Assembly (NCBI GenBank): GCA_001643675.2
Contig: LSRY02000075.1
Coordinates: 43,146-107,145 of the forward strand
From: Monocercomonoides exilis PA203
Taxonomy: Eukaryota > Protista > Preaxostyla
Direction of reading: 5' to 3'
DNA: 64,000 nucleotides
A program made the position numbers and the translations under genes. Positions within the stretch are counted from its first letter, which is position 1. Every line of letters starts with the position of its first letter. Positions 37,309 to 50,600 of this stretch are shown here, one piece after another. Under the pieces are notes generated by a model. That model did not search any database. It saw nothing but the letters and a program-made list of their open reading frames with translations, and was not told where the DNA came from.

Positions 37309-38355
37309 CTATGAAGCATCCAAACCATCCCCAGCACTTAATTCATCATCCTCCTCTTTTCTTTCCTCATTAACTCCAAGAATGTCATCTGCATCTTGAA
37401 CTTCTTCGTCCATTTCTTCGATTTCTTTTTGATCGGAAATAATAATGTGCTGATTTACCCACTGAAATTTTATTAATTCAGAATAAATATTTTCGAAATT
37501 AATGTGTGAATTGCGTTGAACAAGCAACAATGATAAACAATCTGCAATAAATGTTTTTTTTTTCCGCCATGCTGAGGGTAAAGCCCTCTCAAATGACTTA
37601 AGAGACATTCCACAGTATATGTGCACGCCATTGTTATTGGATCAACAAAGTTTCTCTTGTGACAAACAGTCAAGTGTGTGTATCCACATTCTCCGAGGCA
37701 AGAATAACTTTTCCGTTCATCGCTGAAGATCGCAATCCCTTGGAGAATCCATTTTTTTATTATCGGAATTATTGTTTCTTTTAAATGAATGGGTACCATC
37801 ATTACAAAATTCCTCCCTGCATCTCCACCTTCTTCTCTTTCTTCTGCACCGAATATTCACAAAAGTTCCTTTTTTCTTCCTCTCACATATTTTCTCCTCC
37901 TCCACACTTCCTCGTCGATTTCCACTACTTTTCCAAGCCCTTCAAAATTTTCCATCGAGTGATTCCAAATCCTTGTGCAAACTACTCTTATGACACTTTT
38001 CCAATATCCAATTGTGTAGTAAGACACATCTGTCAACATTTTAATATGCTTTGTAGCTTATCCAATCCAGCTGAATAAAATAACAATCATTATTTTGTGA
38101 AATGGCAATTTGCTTTCGCTGAATACAGTTCCTTGCAAAACTGATTGTTTTTTCTGCAAGATGAGCAATGGAAATATCGAAATTTAATTCGTTCGTGTAT
38201 ATTTTCAAATCTTTCCTGCATTTTGAGCATTTTTTCGATTTATTCGAAAAAACTTTTTCAAAAAACCACTTCCAGGCTCTTGCAGTATCAAGAAATATAT
38301 TGTACAAAGCAGCAACAGAAATTTTATTTTCTATAGCTTCAGTTAAATGCATCAC
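37309..38355 (-). pseudogene. Degenerate Merlin / IS1595 (ISXO2-like) DDE transposase
   Basis: Fragments in several frames: CSKC zinc ribbon, YTIGYW, VVEIDE, IFSDERKSYSCL, HLTVCHKRNFVDPIT-CT-TVE, acidic tail. Multiple frameshifts. Confidence 0.82.
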
Positions 38356-40573
38356 AAGAAAGATTAAAACCTAAAAACATGTGAAAAACTATCATTTAAA
38401 AAATTAATATTATTGCATATGAAAAACAAATTGTTTCAACGAAAAACAATTTCAAAAACAACCAATGTTTTCTCAATTGAATTTTGAAGAATTAATTATC
38501 AAAAGAAAATTTCAACTATATTCACAAAATACCAACAAATACATGAGCAATATTATCATATTTAATAATCAACATCATTGTTTGATTGCATGTTGTTTTC
38601 ATCATTCAAAAAGCTTTAAATGCATATAATTGTTCATTATTAAAAAGAGAAAAAAGAAAAATGAACTAAATTTTTTTTTCACCAAGATATAGTTCACAAT
38701 TTAAATTTCATTGAATGCGAAGTTTTATTTTTCATCTGTTAATTTGGAAAAAAAGTGATTTTTATTTGAAATAACACATCAACATAAATTTTTTATTCTT
38801 CATTAATTATTATTTATTTTTTTTTTCAGAAGTGGGTGATTTTTTTTGAAATCATAAAAAAAGATCAAAAATAGAAAAAATAAAATCTATTGTGGTATTT
38901 TTTGATCAAAGAGTTAAATTTATTTTTCATGAATATTTAGCTATTATTTCTGTCATATATATTTGTTTTATTTGTTCATATGAAAAAAAGCATACCTTTT
39001 TAATGTTTTTAATGATAAAGAATTATTTGATCCAGCTTTCAAAAAAAATGTGAAAAATAAAAAATAAAACTGCAAAAGGAAAATGCCAAGTTTCTCAACT
39101 TGCAAAACTATCCTAATAAATAAAAAATACTTTGAAAGGCTTTATTGAAACGGTTTGTTAAAAAGATTGTTTCAATAAATAGATTTAACAACTTTAAACC
39201 TATTAAAGCAATTGGTTTTCTTCACTTCATCTTTTTCTTCAACTGAAATATCATCACAAAACATCAGTCCTTTCTTTTCGATTCGGTTTCTTCATCAAAC
39301 GTTGAATGAAATACAATGAAATCGATAATCAATGAATAAAACTAATTCGAACTCGTCTTTTCTCTCTTTATTCTTCTCATCACTTGTCCTTCCAGCTTCC
39401 TTTTTCATCCTCTCCTCATCTTCGTTCCATTTCTACTCCGCTTCTTAAACATTCTCCTCTTGAAAATGTCTCAGAAGTGGCTTGATTCCTCTCCAGCACT
39501 TTCTGTGTCATTCTTCTCGTTGTATTCCTCGATAACTCCAATTGCTTGTTAATCTCCTCTTGAAACAAATTTGCCTTCACACTCAGTTCATTGACCGCTG
39601 TGTGAGCGATCAGGTGAGAAAAGGAGGAGGAGGAGGAGGAAGTGGAAGAGGAGGAAGAGGAAGAGAACGATGAAGGAGAAGCAGTAGTTGTTGAAGTAGA
39701 AGTAGAAGAAGAACGAAAATCCTTCGAAACCAATTTATTCAAATCCTCCATGGCCATTTTCGACTCCAATTCCAAAGGCAGTGCATATGACTTCTCATCT
39801 GAAGACATCAGCTTCCTCTTCGCATTCGCACTTGTCTTTCTGGCACTGGCTATTCTGTTTGAAGCAGCCACAATCGACATCTGGCCGAGCGGTTCAAGTG
39901 GATCGAGCGGGCAAAGAAGATGAAGCGCCTACGACAGGAATGATTGGTCGGAAACGGATGCAGCGACGGATGTGGCAGCAGCGGAGTGGGTTTCAAGCAG
40001 TGTGGAGCTGGTGGAGAAGGAAGGGGAAGCTGCATGGGAACTATCTGGAATCAATTTTCGGGGGCTTAGGGCAGGCGAAAAGGAGAGGAAAGGCGGAAGC
40101 TGAGGTTCTCACAAGGAATGGTTGCTCTGATTTTCTGGAGGCATGCTCGATGCGTCTGAAGGGAATAGAGGAAGTGCCCCATCGAAGTCGGATTTGAGGC
40201 GAGCGGAGTCAGAAAGCTGTCCGGCAGTGAGGTAAGATGGCATAAACAGTGTGGGGGAGTCCAATCTTGACAAGTAGCTGAGCACATCAGAAACCGCATC
40301 GTCGTCACGCAGCCTCGCCGATTGTTCGCGGACGACTGAGTCGTAAAAGGCATCATATGCAAATCTTGTGTTGACTGCTTCACTCCCACTTTTGGTTTGT
40401 CCGAGCGGGAGACCAGCCAGGCAGCCTCAAATTCTGCAGTGGTGATGGCGGCTGAACGGCTGCGCTCGAGATAGCTGTGGCTGATGACGTCGGCGGGGGT
40501 GGGGCGGTGTGCGGAGGGCATGCGGGTGGCGAGGGGTGTTGAAGAAGAAGAGGAGGAGGAAGAGGAAGAAGAG

Positions 40574-40605
<32 letters not shown>

Positions 40606-40989
40606 TGATGATGATGAGGATGAAGCAATCTGAGTTGTGTCTTATGTTGCAAAGATGTTATCATTCAATGCAGATGCAGCATCAAACGAAGACAACGTCT
40701 TTTCTGGTGACATTAGTGCAAGTTGGGGCAGTCCAAACACTTCCACAGCTCCCAGAAGATCCAGAACGCTCTCTCCATTTGCGTGTCTGTGATGACACAA
40801 TAAAAATGTGGAGCCAGCAATTGCCGCAGTCATCAGAGAAGGTGTGAGTGCTTCGTTAATCGGAGGGGAGGGAGCAGAAATCAACGCAACGGCTGCAGCG
40901 TGGGGTATTTCGAGCTCTGATTCAGAGGCAGATGCAGACGCAGATCCCTGAGAAGAAGAGAGAGAAGGAGATGAAGAAGGGGAAGAGAA

Positions 40990-41156
40990 AGAAGAAGAAG
41001 AAGAAGAAGAAGAAGAAGAAGAAGAAGAAGAAGAAGAAGAAGAAGAAGAAGAAGAAGAAGAAGAAGAAGAAGAAGAAGAACTTTTGGAGATGGAGGAAGG
41101 AGAAGAAGAAGAGGAAGAGGAAGAAGAGGAAGAGGAAGAAGAGGAAGAGGAAGAAG
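40990..41156 (+). repeat. (GAA)~30 microsatellite followed by GAA/GAG compound repeat (poly-Ser on minus strand)
   Basis: Directly visible. A related run lies at 40541-40620. Confidence 0.95.
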
Positions 41157-42388
41157 TAAGAGGAGGATGAGGAAGAAGAAGAAAGAAGAAAAAGAAGAAG
41201 AAAATGATGATGATAAAGGAATAATAGAAAAATAAGTTCACTTGCGCTGAATGGATTGCTTTGTTTGCATCAGATAGGATGTCGAGAGGAGGAGGGATTG
41301 ACATCACTTGTGGAGGTGGATGTGGATGCTGAGGGATTTCTAGCGTGCCAGTTAATGAATCAGGTGAAGAAGAAAAGATAAAGAAAAAATGATGAATAAA
41401 CAAGAATAAAAGCAAGATTAAGAACAAGATTTAGAAGTTGAAATAAAAGAGGAAGATGATGAAGTGGAAGACGAAGAAGTTGAGAAAAAAGATGATGCGT
41501 TTGCAGATGAAAATGCTGAGAAAGAATATAGCGTTTTAATGATTTGCTACTGAATCCTTCTTTGATTACTGAATTCAGGCAGAAAGTCAAGCAAATTGTG
41601 ATCAGTATCTTCACAGGCTTATTATTCTCTTTTGTTGATTTCATCTTCTCTTTTGAAAGTTATTAATTAAAGTGTTTTCCTCTCTCTCCTCTTTCTCATC
41701 CTTCTTCTCCCCCTTCCCTTCCTTCTCACCATCAGCCCGAATCCCCTAGCTAGCCACATACGCTGCATAGTTCAGAAGGATGCTCTGTGGCTCAAACATA
41801 TCCCTCGTTGCTGATATGGTGCTGCTTGTAAACACGCCTGCATCGCCCAATCTGCTTTTCCCGAGAATAGCACATGTGATAGGCAGTGAGAAGGAAGAAA
41901 TGGAAAAAGAAGGAGAGGAAGAAGGAAATGACATGTTCGATGTGCAGAAGGACTTCTGTATTAGCGAAGAGGAGTCCGCGGTGGGAGATGATGGAGTGAA
42001 TGACTTTGGTGGATTTCCCACAACAACAGAAATGACAAACAATTCAGTGTGTGGCAATGGAGAAAAAGATGGAGTCACAAACGTTGAGGAGGCTGTGGTA
42101 TTTTGAGAATACAGCCGAGCAGATGAGAGTGTACTGCAGAACGCGAAAAAATGTCTGCTGTTATTCATCTTCATCATCACCTCCTTCTACCCTTCTCCTG
42201 TCCCTCGAACTCCTTTCTGTTGTTGCCTGCGCAAGTCTTGAGTCGAAAGTGTAAGCTTTCAATGTGAATATCTCGTTTTTCTCATTCATCTTCGTCTTCG
42301 CCTTTGGCTTTTCCCACTGATTCCCTTTCCTCTGCTCTGCACTCAATATGCTTCTGAAATCAACCTTCGTTGCATCTTCCATTTAAAT

Positions 42389-42389
<1 letters not shown>

Positions 42390-42432
<43 letters not shown>
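42390..42432 (+). repeat. (CT)~21 microsatellite
   Basis: Directly visible. Confidence 0.95.
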
Positions 42433-42433
<1 letters not shown>

Positions 42434-45052
42434 TCCTTGGCAGTATCGCAAAGCGAGAGCATGAGTGCGATATTGCTGTCAGCTCCTTCCCTCCAACCAC
42501 CATTTCTCTTTCTATGCCCATTCAGCTTATTCTGCACAGCCGGCGCATGTATTTCGTTCGAAACGCTGAAGCAGAGCTGGATAAACTGCAACGGAAAAGG
42601 AAAGCTGTTCAAATGCCCATCCAGCGAAGTTACAAAATGCATTGACAGTGAGGATGATACTGTTGGGAGTAGGAAAATTGGATGAAATAATTTTTGGAAG
42701 GTGAAATCAAGCCGCTGATTGAACAGCTCACATGCATCTGAAGGTCGACGGTCTGTTCTGACACGAAGTGAAAAGAAATATCACAGAAGAAGAAGGCGAA
42801 GAATAAGAAGAAGGCGAGAGGATTGAGAAATGTGAAATCAGTCGAATGATATTTCCAAAGAAAAATATGAGAAGTTCCTGTGACGTTGCTGACTGAATGA
42901 AATATTATATTTAACAAGTTGATTATACAAAATGATAATAATCCAAATTGCAATATTTATGACAGATTCATTCAAGCAAAATAATAGAATCACATTCCCT
43001 CAAAGTCAATTGACTACCTTTTTGTTAGATCCCTGCATTTCCCTTCGCAAACTGAAAATGATGCTGTTCTGTCGGCTCCAAAAATACAAATGAATCAAAT
43101 GCCTAATGATGATATCAGGAAAGAAGACGAAGACGAAGACAAAGAGGAAGAAGAATGTGAAGAAGAAAATGTTGAGGAAAATGAGGAATAAGGCAAAGAT
43201 AATGAGATGATGATGAAAATGAATATTTATGGTGATTGACAATTCCACAAAAATTCAATAAAAATTTCTGAAGAAGAAGTGGGAAGATTCCATGTGAATT
43301 TGTTTTCTGAATGAAACATCACATTAAACAAGTTAATTTCGCAACGAGTCAAAAACTCAAATTGCAAATATTTTGGCTGATGTTCTGAAATTTATCAATA
43401 AAGCTTGATTTATTCAAATCAGTTGCTTTTCTTTTTGCGATTTCCTCTCCTTTTGCTTCGAAAATAGAAACTGTTAATATTTCTCAAATTCTTTTCCTTT
43501 CCATTTTTCCTCTTCCGTTCAGCTCACAAAATCATAAGAAAATATCAATCCCCTCCTTTTCTTTTCTTTCCCATTCTCTTTAATAAAACATTCTTCTTCT
43601 CTCATAAAAGTTACCCCCTATTCCATTTGAACATTTCACAATTGTCCTCTTCTTTCCCGCTTTTGCCCTCTTTTCCTTCTCTTCAAAATCCATTTCTCCA
43701 ATCAACAATAATCACCTTCTTTATCATCTCCAACCACTTCTCTACATATTTTCTACATTTTCCTCTCCAAATCTCCACCCACTCTTCTCCACCCCTTTGT
43801 CTCAGAATTTCTTCCATTCAAAAACCCCTCTTGAAATATTAACATTCAAAAAAATACTCAACTCCCACCCCCTGCCACAAATAATCCTCTTCCATCTCTT
43901 CTCTGCCCCATATCCCTCATGTGTCTGGTGTTGATGAGATAAACCTCAAATATAGATTTGGATGGTTGAGAATATTATTAAAGGTGATGATCAAGGCTGA
44001 AACAGAAAAAGCACCTCTGCACTTCCATCACAATGTGTACGGATTGAGAAGACCTTCCAATGAGATACACAAAGAATTTCGTGGAGATGCATTTCTTGCT
44101 GTATTCAACCATTCTGGTGCTGAAATGAAGAGATTGATTTATTTTGGAATGATGATTGCTGTGGAAATGAGTGTGCTTGGCGAAAAACAGTCGAAGAGCA
44201 GTTTGGTATTATTTTGTTTTTCTTTATATGAATATTTGCCTTTTGATTGTTTTTGCATTGTTTTCAGGGCAGGAGGTGGAAATGATTGAAAATGAATGAA
44301 AGCGGGATAGCTCATTGTTTGGGTTGTCCATCGAGTTGAGAGATAGAATTCATATGGAAAGTGTGTAAGATGAAGAGATTGAGATGGAAATTGGCTGCTA
44401 ATTTTTCAAGAAGCTAATTGGATTTGAATTGAGAAAGATGGAATTGAAAAAAAGCAAAAATATTTCATATTTCAGAATAGAAAGCAATTAGTGAACTCAA
44501 AAGAAGGTAATGATTATTGGAAAGGCTGTTTTGCGAATTGCTTTGCTAAAGCTGTCGAAAATTATTGTTTTCAACAAATGCTTTTATATCTTTAGCATCA
44601 ATTTCTAAATTTCTTTGCAACAACATCATAAAACAAATTTTTATACAAAATTTGATTGATTATGTATTGTGATTATTGTTTTAATGTTTAAAAAACCAGT
44701 AAACTTTTGTTTTGCTCAGTTAATTTAAGTTTCGATATTTTGCGAATAATTTTTTAATGTTTTTTTGAAAATAAGTAATAAAAACAATTGTAAACAAATT
44801 AAAACCAGCAAACAAATAAAAATAATAATATATTGAACGATATTTTCGCATAATTTAACAAAAATATTTTCGATTCAACCCCACCCTTAATGAAAATTTT
44901 TTCTGATCAAACGTCGGAATTTTTTATGATATCAAAAAAAATCACCCAAGTTACAATTTTCAGATGTGGATATTTTTAATCGGTGGCGACAGTCTGTTTT
45001 TCAGTTCTTTCTGAACACAACTTTTTAAACATGTTTTTGCAAGTTGAGTAAA

Positions 45053-45375
45053 TGTTAATAATAGTGGACACTTTCAATAACTGTGGACAGTTGCATTATC
45101 TCACAACAGTTGATTGTTTCATAAAGACAATTTGTCAAATAATTCCTTCAATGAATGCAAACTTATAAGTCATTCAGAAATGATAAAAATTGCTCCCATG
45201 AATAAAGAAAGAGACATTTTTTTATTCATAGGAGCAATTTTTTCATTTATGAATGACTTATAAGTTTGCATTCATTGAAGGAATAAATGTGTAAATTGAT
45301 GAAATGCAACTATCAACTGTTGTTGAGACAATGCAACTTTCCACAGTTTTTGAAAGTGTCTTCCATTATTAACAC
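45053..45375. repeat. Imperfect ~320 bp hairpin (foldback) with a very short loop at ~45213
   Basis: ttccttcaatgaatgcaaacttataagtcattc...ttgctcccatgaataaa / tttattcataggagcaa...gaatgacttataagtttgcattcattgaaggaa. Outer arms gacactttcaa..ctgtgga / tccacag..ttgaaagtgtc. Confidence 0.9.
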
Positions 45376-45708
45376 TTGCTATAATTCTTGAAACTGTTTC
45401 ATGATGAATTTTATTTATATAAAAACAACATTTTCATTTTCTGGTGCATGCCATTGAAAAGTTTAAAGAATTGATTGATAAATATGTTCAAAAAAATAGG
45501 TGTTTAGTTGAAGCTGCAAATAAAACAATTGTGCAGTTTCAAAAAGAATTTCCTGAGTTTTTTTCAATTCTTGTTGTTTTTACTACTGCAATTTGCTTAT
45601 AAAGTCTTGATGAGAAACAATAATTTTTGAAAAATCTTTTTCAGCGAGACTTCTCGGAAAATGATCTTTATTGACCATTCACAAAAAGATCCAAAAAAAT
45701 TTCACACA

Positions 45709-46152
45709 TATGGGTGATAATTTTTGAAATCAAAACTTTTCTCGAAGTGTTGATTCAGAATAGATATTATTTCTTTGAATAATATATTTTTTTCAAATTT
45801 ATTATGTGCAATAAATGTAAAATAAATTATGCAAAAGAGAAAATTCATAAAAAAAACTATCTATTAATAAAATTGTATCATCCAAGCTTTCATTTGGGTG
45901 ATTATTTTTGATATCAAATTTTTTCTTAAAAAAATGTCCGTTCGAAAATTTCACTTGAATATTAACAAAAGAACACTGAAAAGTGAAAATGATTATAAAA
46001 TACATCTTCGTCTTTTTTCAACAAAAACATTTGTTTTTAAAGTAGTTGAGATAATTATTCAATATGAATTCAAAATTACTTCCCAAAGGAAAACAATTTT
46101 TGAAAAAACTACTCACCGAAAAAAGTTATGATTTCAAAAATTATCACCCATA
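45709..46152. mobile_element. MITE with TA-TGGGTGATAATTTTTGAAATCA TIRs (~36 bp)
   Basis: tatgggtgataatttttgaaatcaaaacttttctcg at 45709 versus cgaaaaaagttatgatttcaaaaattatcacccata ending at 46152. Confidence 0.8.
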
Positions 46153-47139
46153 GGGTTACACTTTAACCTCTGACCCTTTTTTAACCACCACCTTTTTTTT
46201 TGTGGAGCTGGCTACGGCTTAATACAAGCTTGTAGCCAACAAAAACTAACTAGAAATGTTTATTTTAATAAATTTAACTTTTACAGAAAAAATTTTTTAA
46301 CGAAAATTTTTTAACTTTGAGATCTCGGTATTTTTTAATTTTATTTTTTGATCATTGAATTGATGGTCTTTCCATGAATATAACATTCTGGAAGTTTTAA
46401 GCTACACCGTCATTACACATCTTATCCTTTTTATTGGTTTTATAACTTTTCACATTTCACACGTTTTTTTTTCATCTGTTTTCTCATTTCATCGACTTAC
46501 CGAACAAATGAAAATATAAATTGTATTAAAACAATTTCTCAAATTTTATTAGCTGTATCTCATTTTAAAATCATTATATTGTTGCACACTCACATAATAA
46601 TTTGCTGAAAAAATGTTACTGGTTGGGAAAATCAAAACTACCGAAATTGATGTTTTTCATTTTTCTATTCAAAATCAAATTAGCAAAGCTTTTTTGTATA
46701 TCTTCATAATTATCATTTTAACATATATTAAGGACAACATAAAAAAATTTGCAAAAATTCATCATTCTTTAAAAAATATCATTTTTTCGAAAAGTCGATG
46801 AAATGAGAAAACAGATGAAAAAAAAACGTGTGAAATGTGAAAAGTTATAAAACCAATAAAAAGGATAAGATGTGTAATGACGGTGTAGCTTAAAACTTCC
46901 AGAATGTTATATTCATGGAAAGACCATCAATTCAATGATCAAAAAATAAAATTAAAAAATACCGAGATCTCAAAGTTAAAAAATTTTCGTTAAAAAATTT
47001 TTTCTGTAAAAGTTAAATTTATTAAAATAAACATTTCTAGTTAGTTTTTGTTGGCTACAAGCTTGTATTAAGCCGTAGCCAGCTCCACAAAAAAAAAGGT
47101 GGTGGTTAAAAAAGGGTCAGAGGTTAAAGTGTAACCCTA
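46151..47139. mobile_element. Long-TIR foldback element: ~348 bp apparently perfect TIRs (46151-46498 / 46792-47139) around a ~293 bp spacer, inserted at TA
   Basis: TAGGGTTACACTTTAACCTCTGACCC ... GGGTCAGAGGTTAAAGTGTAACCCTA. The arms match throughout and there is no coding capacity. Confidence 0.92.
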
Positions 47140-47623
47140 TATGAAATAGAAAAAGAATGATGTAAAAAGGAATAACACACATTTGGACTTTTTCATACAT
47201 AACATGCAGTTATTAAAGATAAAGAAAGCTATTTAATGGAGAAATTTAATTTGCTGATTGTCGATTTTGATAAAAAATAATTAAATCATATTCAAGAATT
47301 AAGATTATCATATGCATTAAAACTGTAATCTAGTGAATGAAAGACAAAACCTTATTTTCATGAATGCATGTATTTGCAGAGCATTCAATGCACAAAAATG
47401 ATTTTTTTAATAAATCAAGGATAAAACAAAATTGCATAAAAAATTCTCTTTATAATAAAAAGTGTTTGTTACTGATAAAAACGAATGAAATATTTTGTAA
47501 TTCAAATTCATGTTCATTAAATCAAAGAAAAAGAAAAAAAAAAGATTGATTCAATGATTGTTTTGATACGTTGTTGTCAAACTGAACATGATTGTGAGAT
47601 ATCTTTGCATATGTTTTTGAAAA

Positions 47624-50600
47624 ATGATATTGACAAATAATAATAAAAGTTATTCAACATTTTCTATTAGATCAAATAAAACATATTTCAAAAGTGTAAG
47701 CAATACGCCAATGATCACATTTTGCCTTGTTGTCCAAATTGGCTTTGTCTTTTCGGAACAAACAAAACACCTCAACTTGTTTCTTTCTCAGAATGAAAAT
47801 GGAAGTGATAGGGCATTTGGAATTGGAGTGATGCAATCCCAAAAAGGCAACAGACAATTTCCACTGTCTGAAAGCAACCGTTCCCGCATCCAATCCAACA
47901 GCTGCACTTTCCATCCTGACATGCACCAGGTCATCTTTGATTCAATCAATTCCACTCTCTGTTTGAGGGATGTGCAAGTTACGGTGATTGAAAACACACA
48001 CATTGCCCAGCTTGATGAGCTTTCGATGTGTTCATTTTGTGCTTGTGTGATTGATGTTTTGCATTTGGATGTTCCTCTGTTCGATGTGAAGGGTGGGCTG
48101 CTGGAGATGAAGAACTGCTCGCTGCAGCCATTTGGCTTGGCACAATGGCAGATGGGGTCGCTGTGCTCATGTGAAGAAGGAAGTTGCCTGTTTCTGGGTT
48201 GCACTTCATTTTCATCGTTTTGTGTGGCAGGCAGCAAGCCGCTGATTGGGTCGTGCAGATGCGAATGGGTGAGGCTTGACAACTGCCATTTCAGAAACAT
48301 CACATGGAAAGCGAGGCGTGATGAGCAAGGGACAAGGAGAGAGTGTGGGGGCAAAAGCACAACTGCTTGTGGATGCAGTTTTGAAGAGGTGTGGAACCCG
48401 ATCAATGGAGGCATTCTGGCAGACTTCAATGCTGGTGGCTCGACAAGTGTTTTCAACTCGACATTCTTCAGATGCAAACAGAAATACAGTGAAGGAAAAA
48501 AGGAAAGGATTACAAACAACGAAACAGTGAGTTTTGAAAATGTCGAATGGAACTCCATCAAAACAGGTGAAAATGCTGGAGCTCTGTTTATTCAAAATGC
48601 AAATAATGTTTCAATCAAATCCTGTTTGTTTTATCAATGTTCTGGGTGGCACGGAGGTGGTTTGTACATCTCATACTGTTCAAATATTATTATTGAAAAC
48701 AATGCTTTCGATTATTGTTCTTCAAATCCAAGCTGGGGAGGAGGGTTGTTTGTTTTCACTCAGAATATAAATTCGTTCCTTTTTATTTCAAAATGCAAAT
48801 ATGAAAGCTGTGAAGCAAATGCCTGCGGAGGAGGAATTTGCTTATGCAAATCAATTCCGAATTTAGAAATCAATAATTGCTCATTTGCAAGTTGCATTGG
48901 AAAAATTGGCGGTGGTGTGTTGATGGTTGGGGAAAATGTCAATTCAAATATTCATGAAACAATATTTCGAGGGTGTTCCACTCAGACAAACATTGGAGGA
49001 GGTGGTGTGATCCTTCGAAATTATATGAACAAATCAGCGAGCTGCTCAGTTGATGTTGAATTTTGTTTTTTTGAGAGCAATTCAGGAAACAATGGGGATT
49101 TGAGTGTGAGAGGATGCGATGTGTATGGGTCATCAGATTGGAATGGGTTTGTGAAAGAGGGAGACTTCAGACACTGTGTGTCTGTGAGTGAGGGAGCAGT
49201 GAAGCTGTATCTGTCAGATCTGGGAGACAAGAGCAAGTGGCTGGAGCCGTGCCACAACCCGATTGTGGTGAGCAGCAGCACAGGGACAGACCATGTGACA
49301 TGTGGGCACGGGAGGGATGAAGGGTCATATGCGAAGTGCAGGACAATAGGGTTCACGGTTGGGGTGGTGAGAGGAGACGGCGAGACAGTGGGGAATGTGT
49401 CTGTTGAAGAAGGGGAGTATTATGAGGAGGGGATGAGGATCGAAGGGAAGAGGCTGAGGATTGGGAGTGCATCAGCAGAGAGGAAAGGAGTGGTGCACAC
49501 GAGGGACTGCAGGGGGTGGCTGTTCTGGGTTGGGAATGGGTGGCTGGGGCTGCTGGACCTGGCGATTGTGGATGATGCGGCAGAGGGGTCGAGCAGTGGA
49601 GTGTGCTGTGTGAGCGGGGCCAGTGGGCAGCTGGAAGTGAGTGGATGCGAGATCAGCGGTGGTGTGGCAGGAAGAGTGGCGAAGGAGTGTGTGATGGAGA
49701 TCTTGGAGGGGGAGGCGGCGCTGAGGAACAGCTCGATGAGCGATCTGCAGATGGACGGGAAATGTGCGGTGTGGGTGAACCATGCGAGGCAGATGAGGAT
49801 GGAGGAGGTGAACATGACGTCGATGGGGAGGGTGTCAGGGAGCGGGGCGGTGGTGGAAGGGGTGCTGTCTGGGGGTGGGGAGATGGGTGTGTCGGGGGTT
49901 GTGGTGGAAGACTGCAGCGCCATGTGTGGGAATGGAGGCTGGATGAGTGTGGAGGTGGAGGAAGGGAGCAGACTTGTGGTTGGGGAGGGAGAAACACAAA
50001 CAAGGCTGACCAGATGCCGAGCAGAGAGAGGGGATGGGAGTGAGTGCGCAAACACTGGCACAGATGCAGGCACAGGGCGAGGGGGAGGGATCCACATGTG
50101 TGTGGCAGGCGTGAAGGCAGAATATGGGTTCAAGAATGTGGAGTTTGTGGGGAATGAAGCAGCACATGGAAAGGATGTGTTTGTGGTGTCGCCGTTGCTG
50201 GGGGAGTGTGTGACGCGAGAGCGATTTGGATTCTTCAGTGTGGCGAATCCGTTTGGAGAGGAGTGTGCAGAAGGGGTTGACACGAGGTGGGGGTCGGTGG
50301 TGATCCCGCTGGTGTATTATCTGAAGGAGCGGGAAGGGAAGGTGAGTGTGGGGAACAATGGGCATGATGTGCCGGCGTGTGGGTTTTACGAGTATGAGTG
50401 CCTGAGTGTGGGATACTCGAAGAGGCAGGCGAAGAGCAGGTGGGATGTGAGGGTGAAAGGGCGATACGACTTTGTTGAGAGCGTGAGGGTTGCGCCAGGG
50501 GAAGAGCTGATGATTGGGGGAGTGGAGGGTGAGGAGTGTGGGATGGTGATGAAAGGGGACGGGAGCGGGGGCAATGGGATGGTTGAAGTGAGTGGGACAG

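Larger units (their letters stand above)
39416..42800 (-). pseudogene. Fragmented Ser-rich gene with remnants of a CMGC-like protein kinase C-lobe
   Basis: Fragments SRLGDAGVF (DFG-like), NGESVLDLLGAVEVFGLP (CDK/MAPK subdomain X-like) and PSAHRPTPADVISHSYL (subdomain XI-like), separated by poly-Ser microsatellites, stops and frameshifts. Confidence 0.35.

Noticed and set aside
40509-41159. Poly-Lys/Arg ORFs on the plus strand
   Set aside because: Translation of GAA microsatellites.
43921-44400. 122 aa ORF and adjacent GA-rich sequence
   Set aside because: No recognisable motif or splice structure; cannot support a call.
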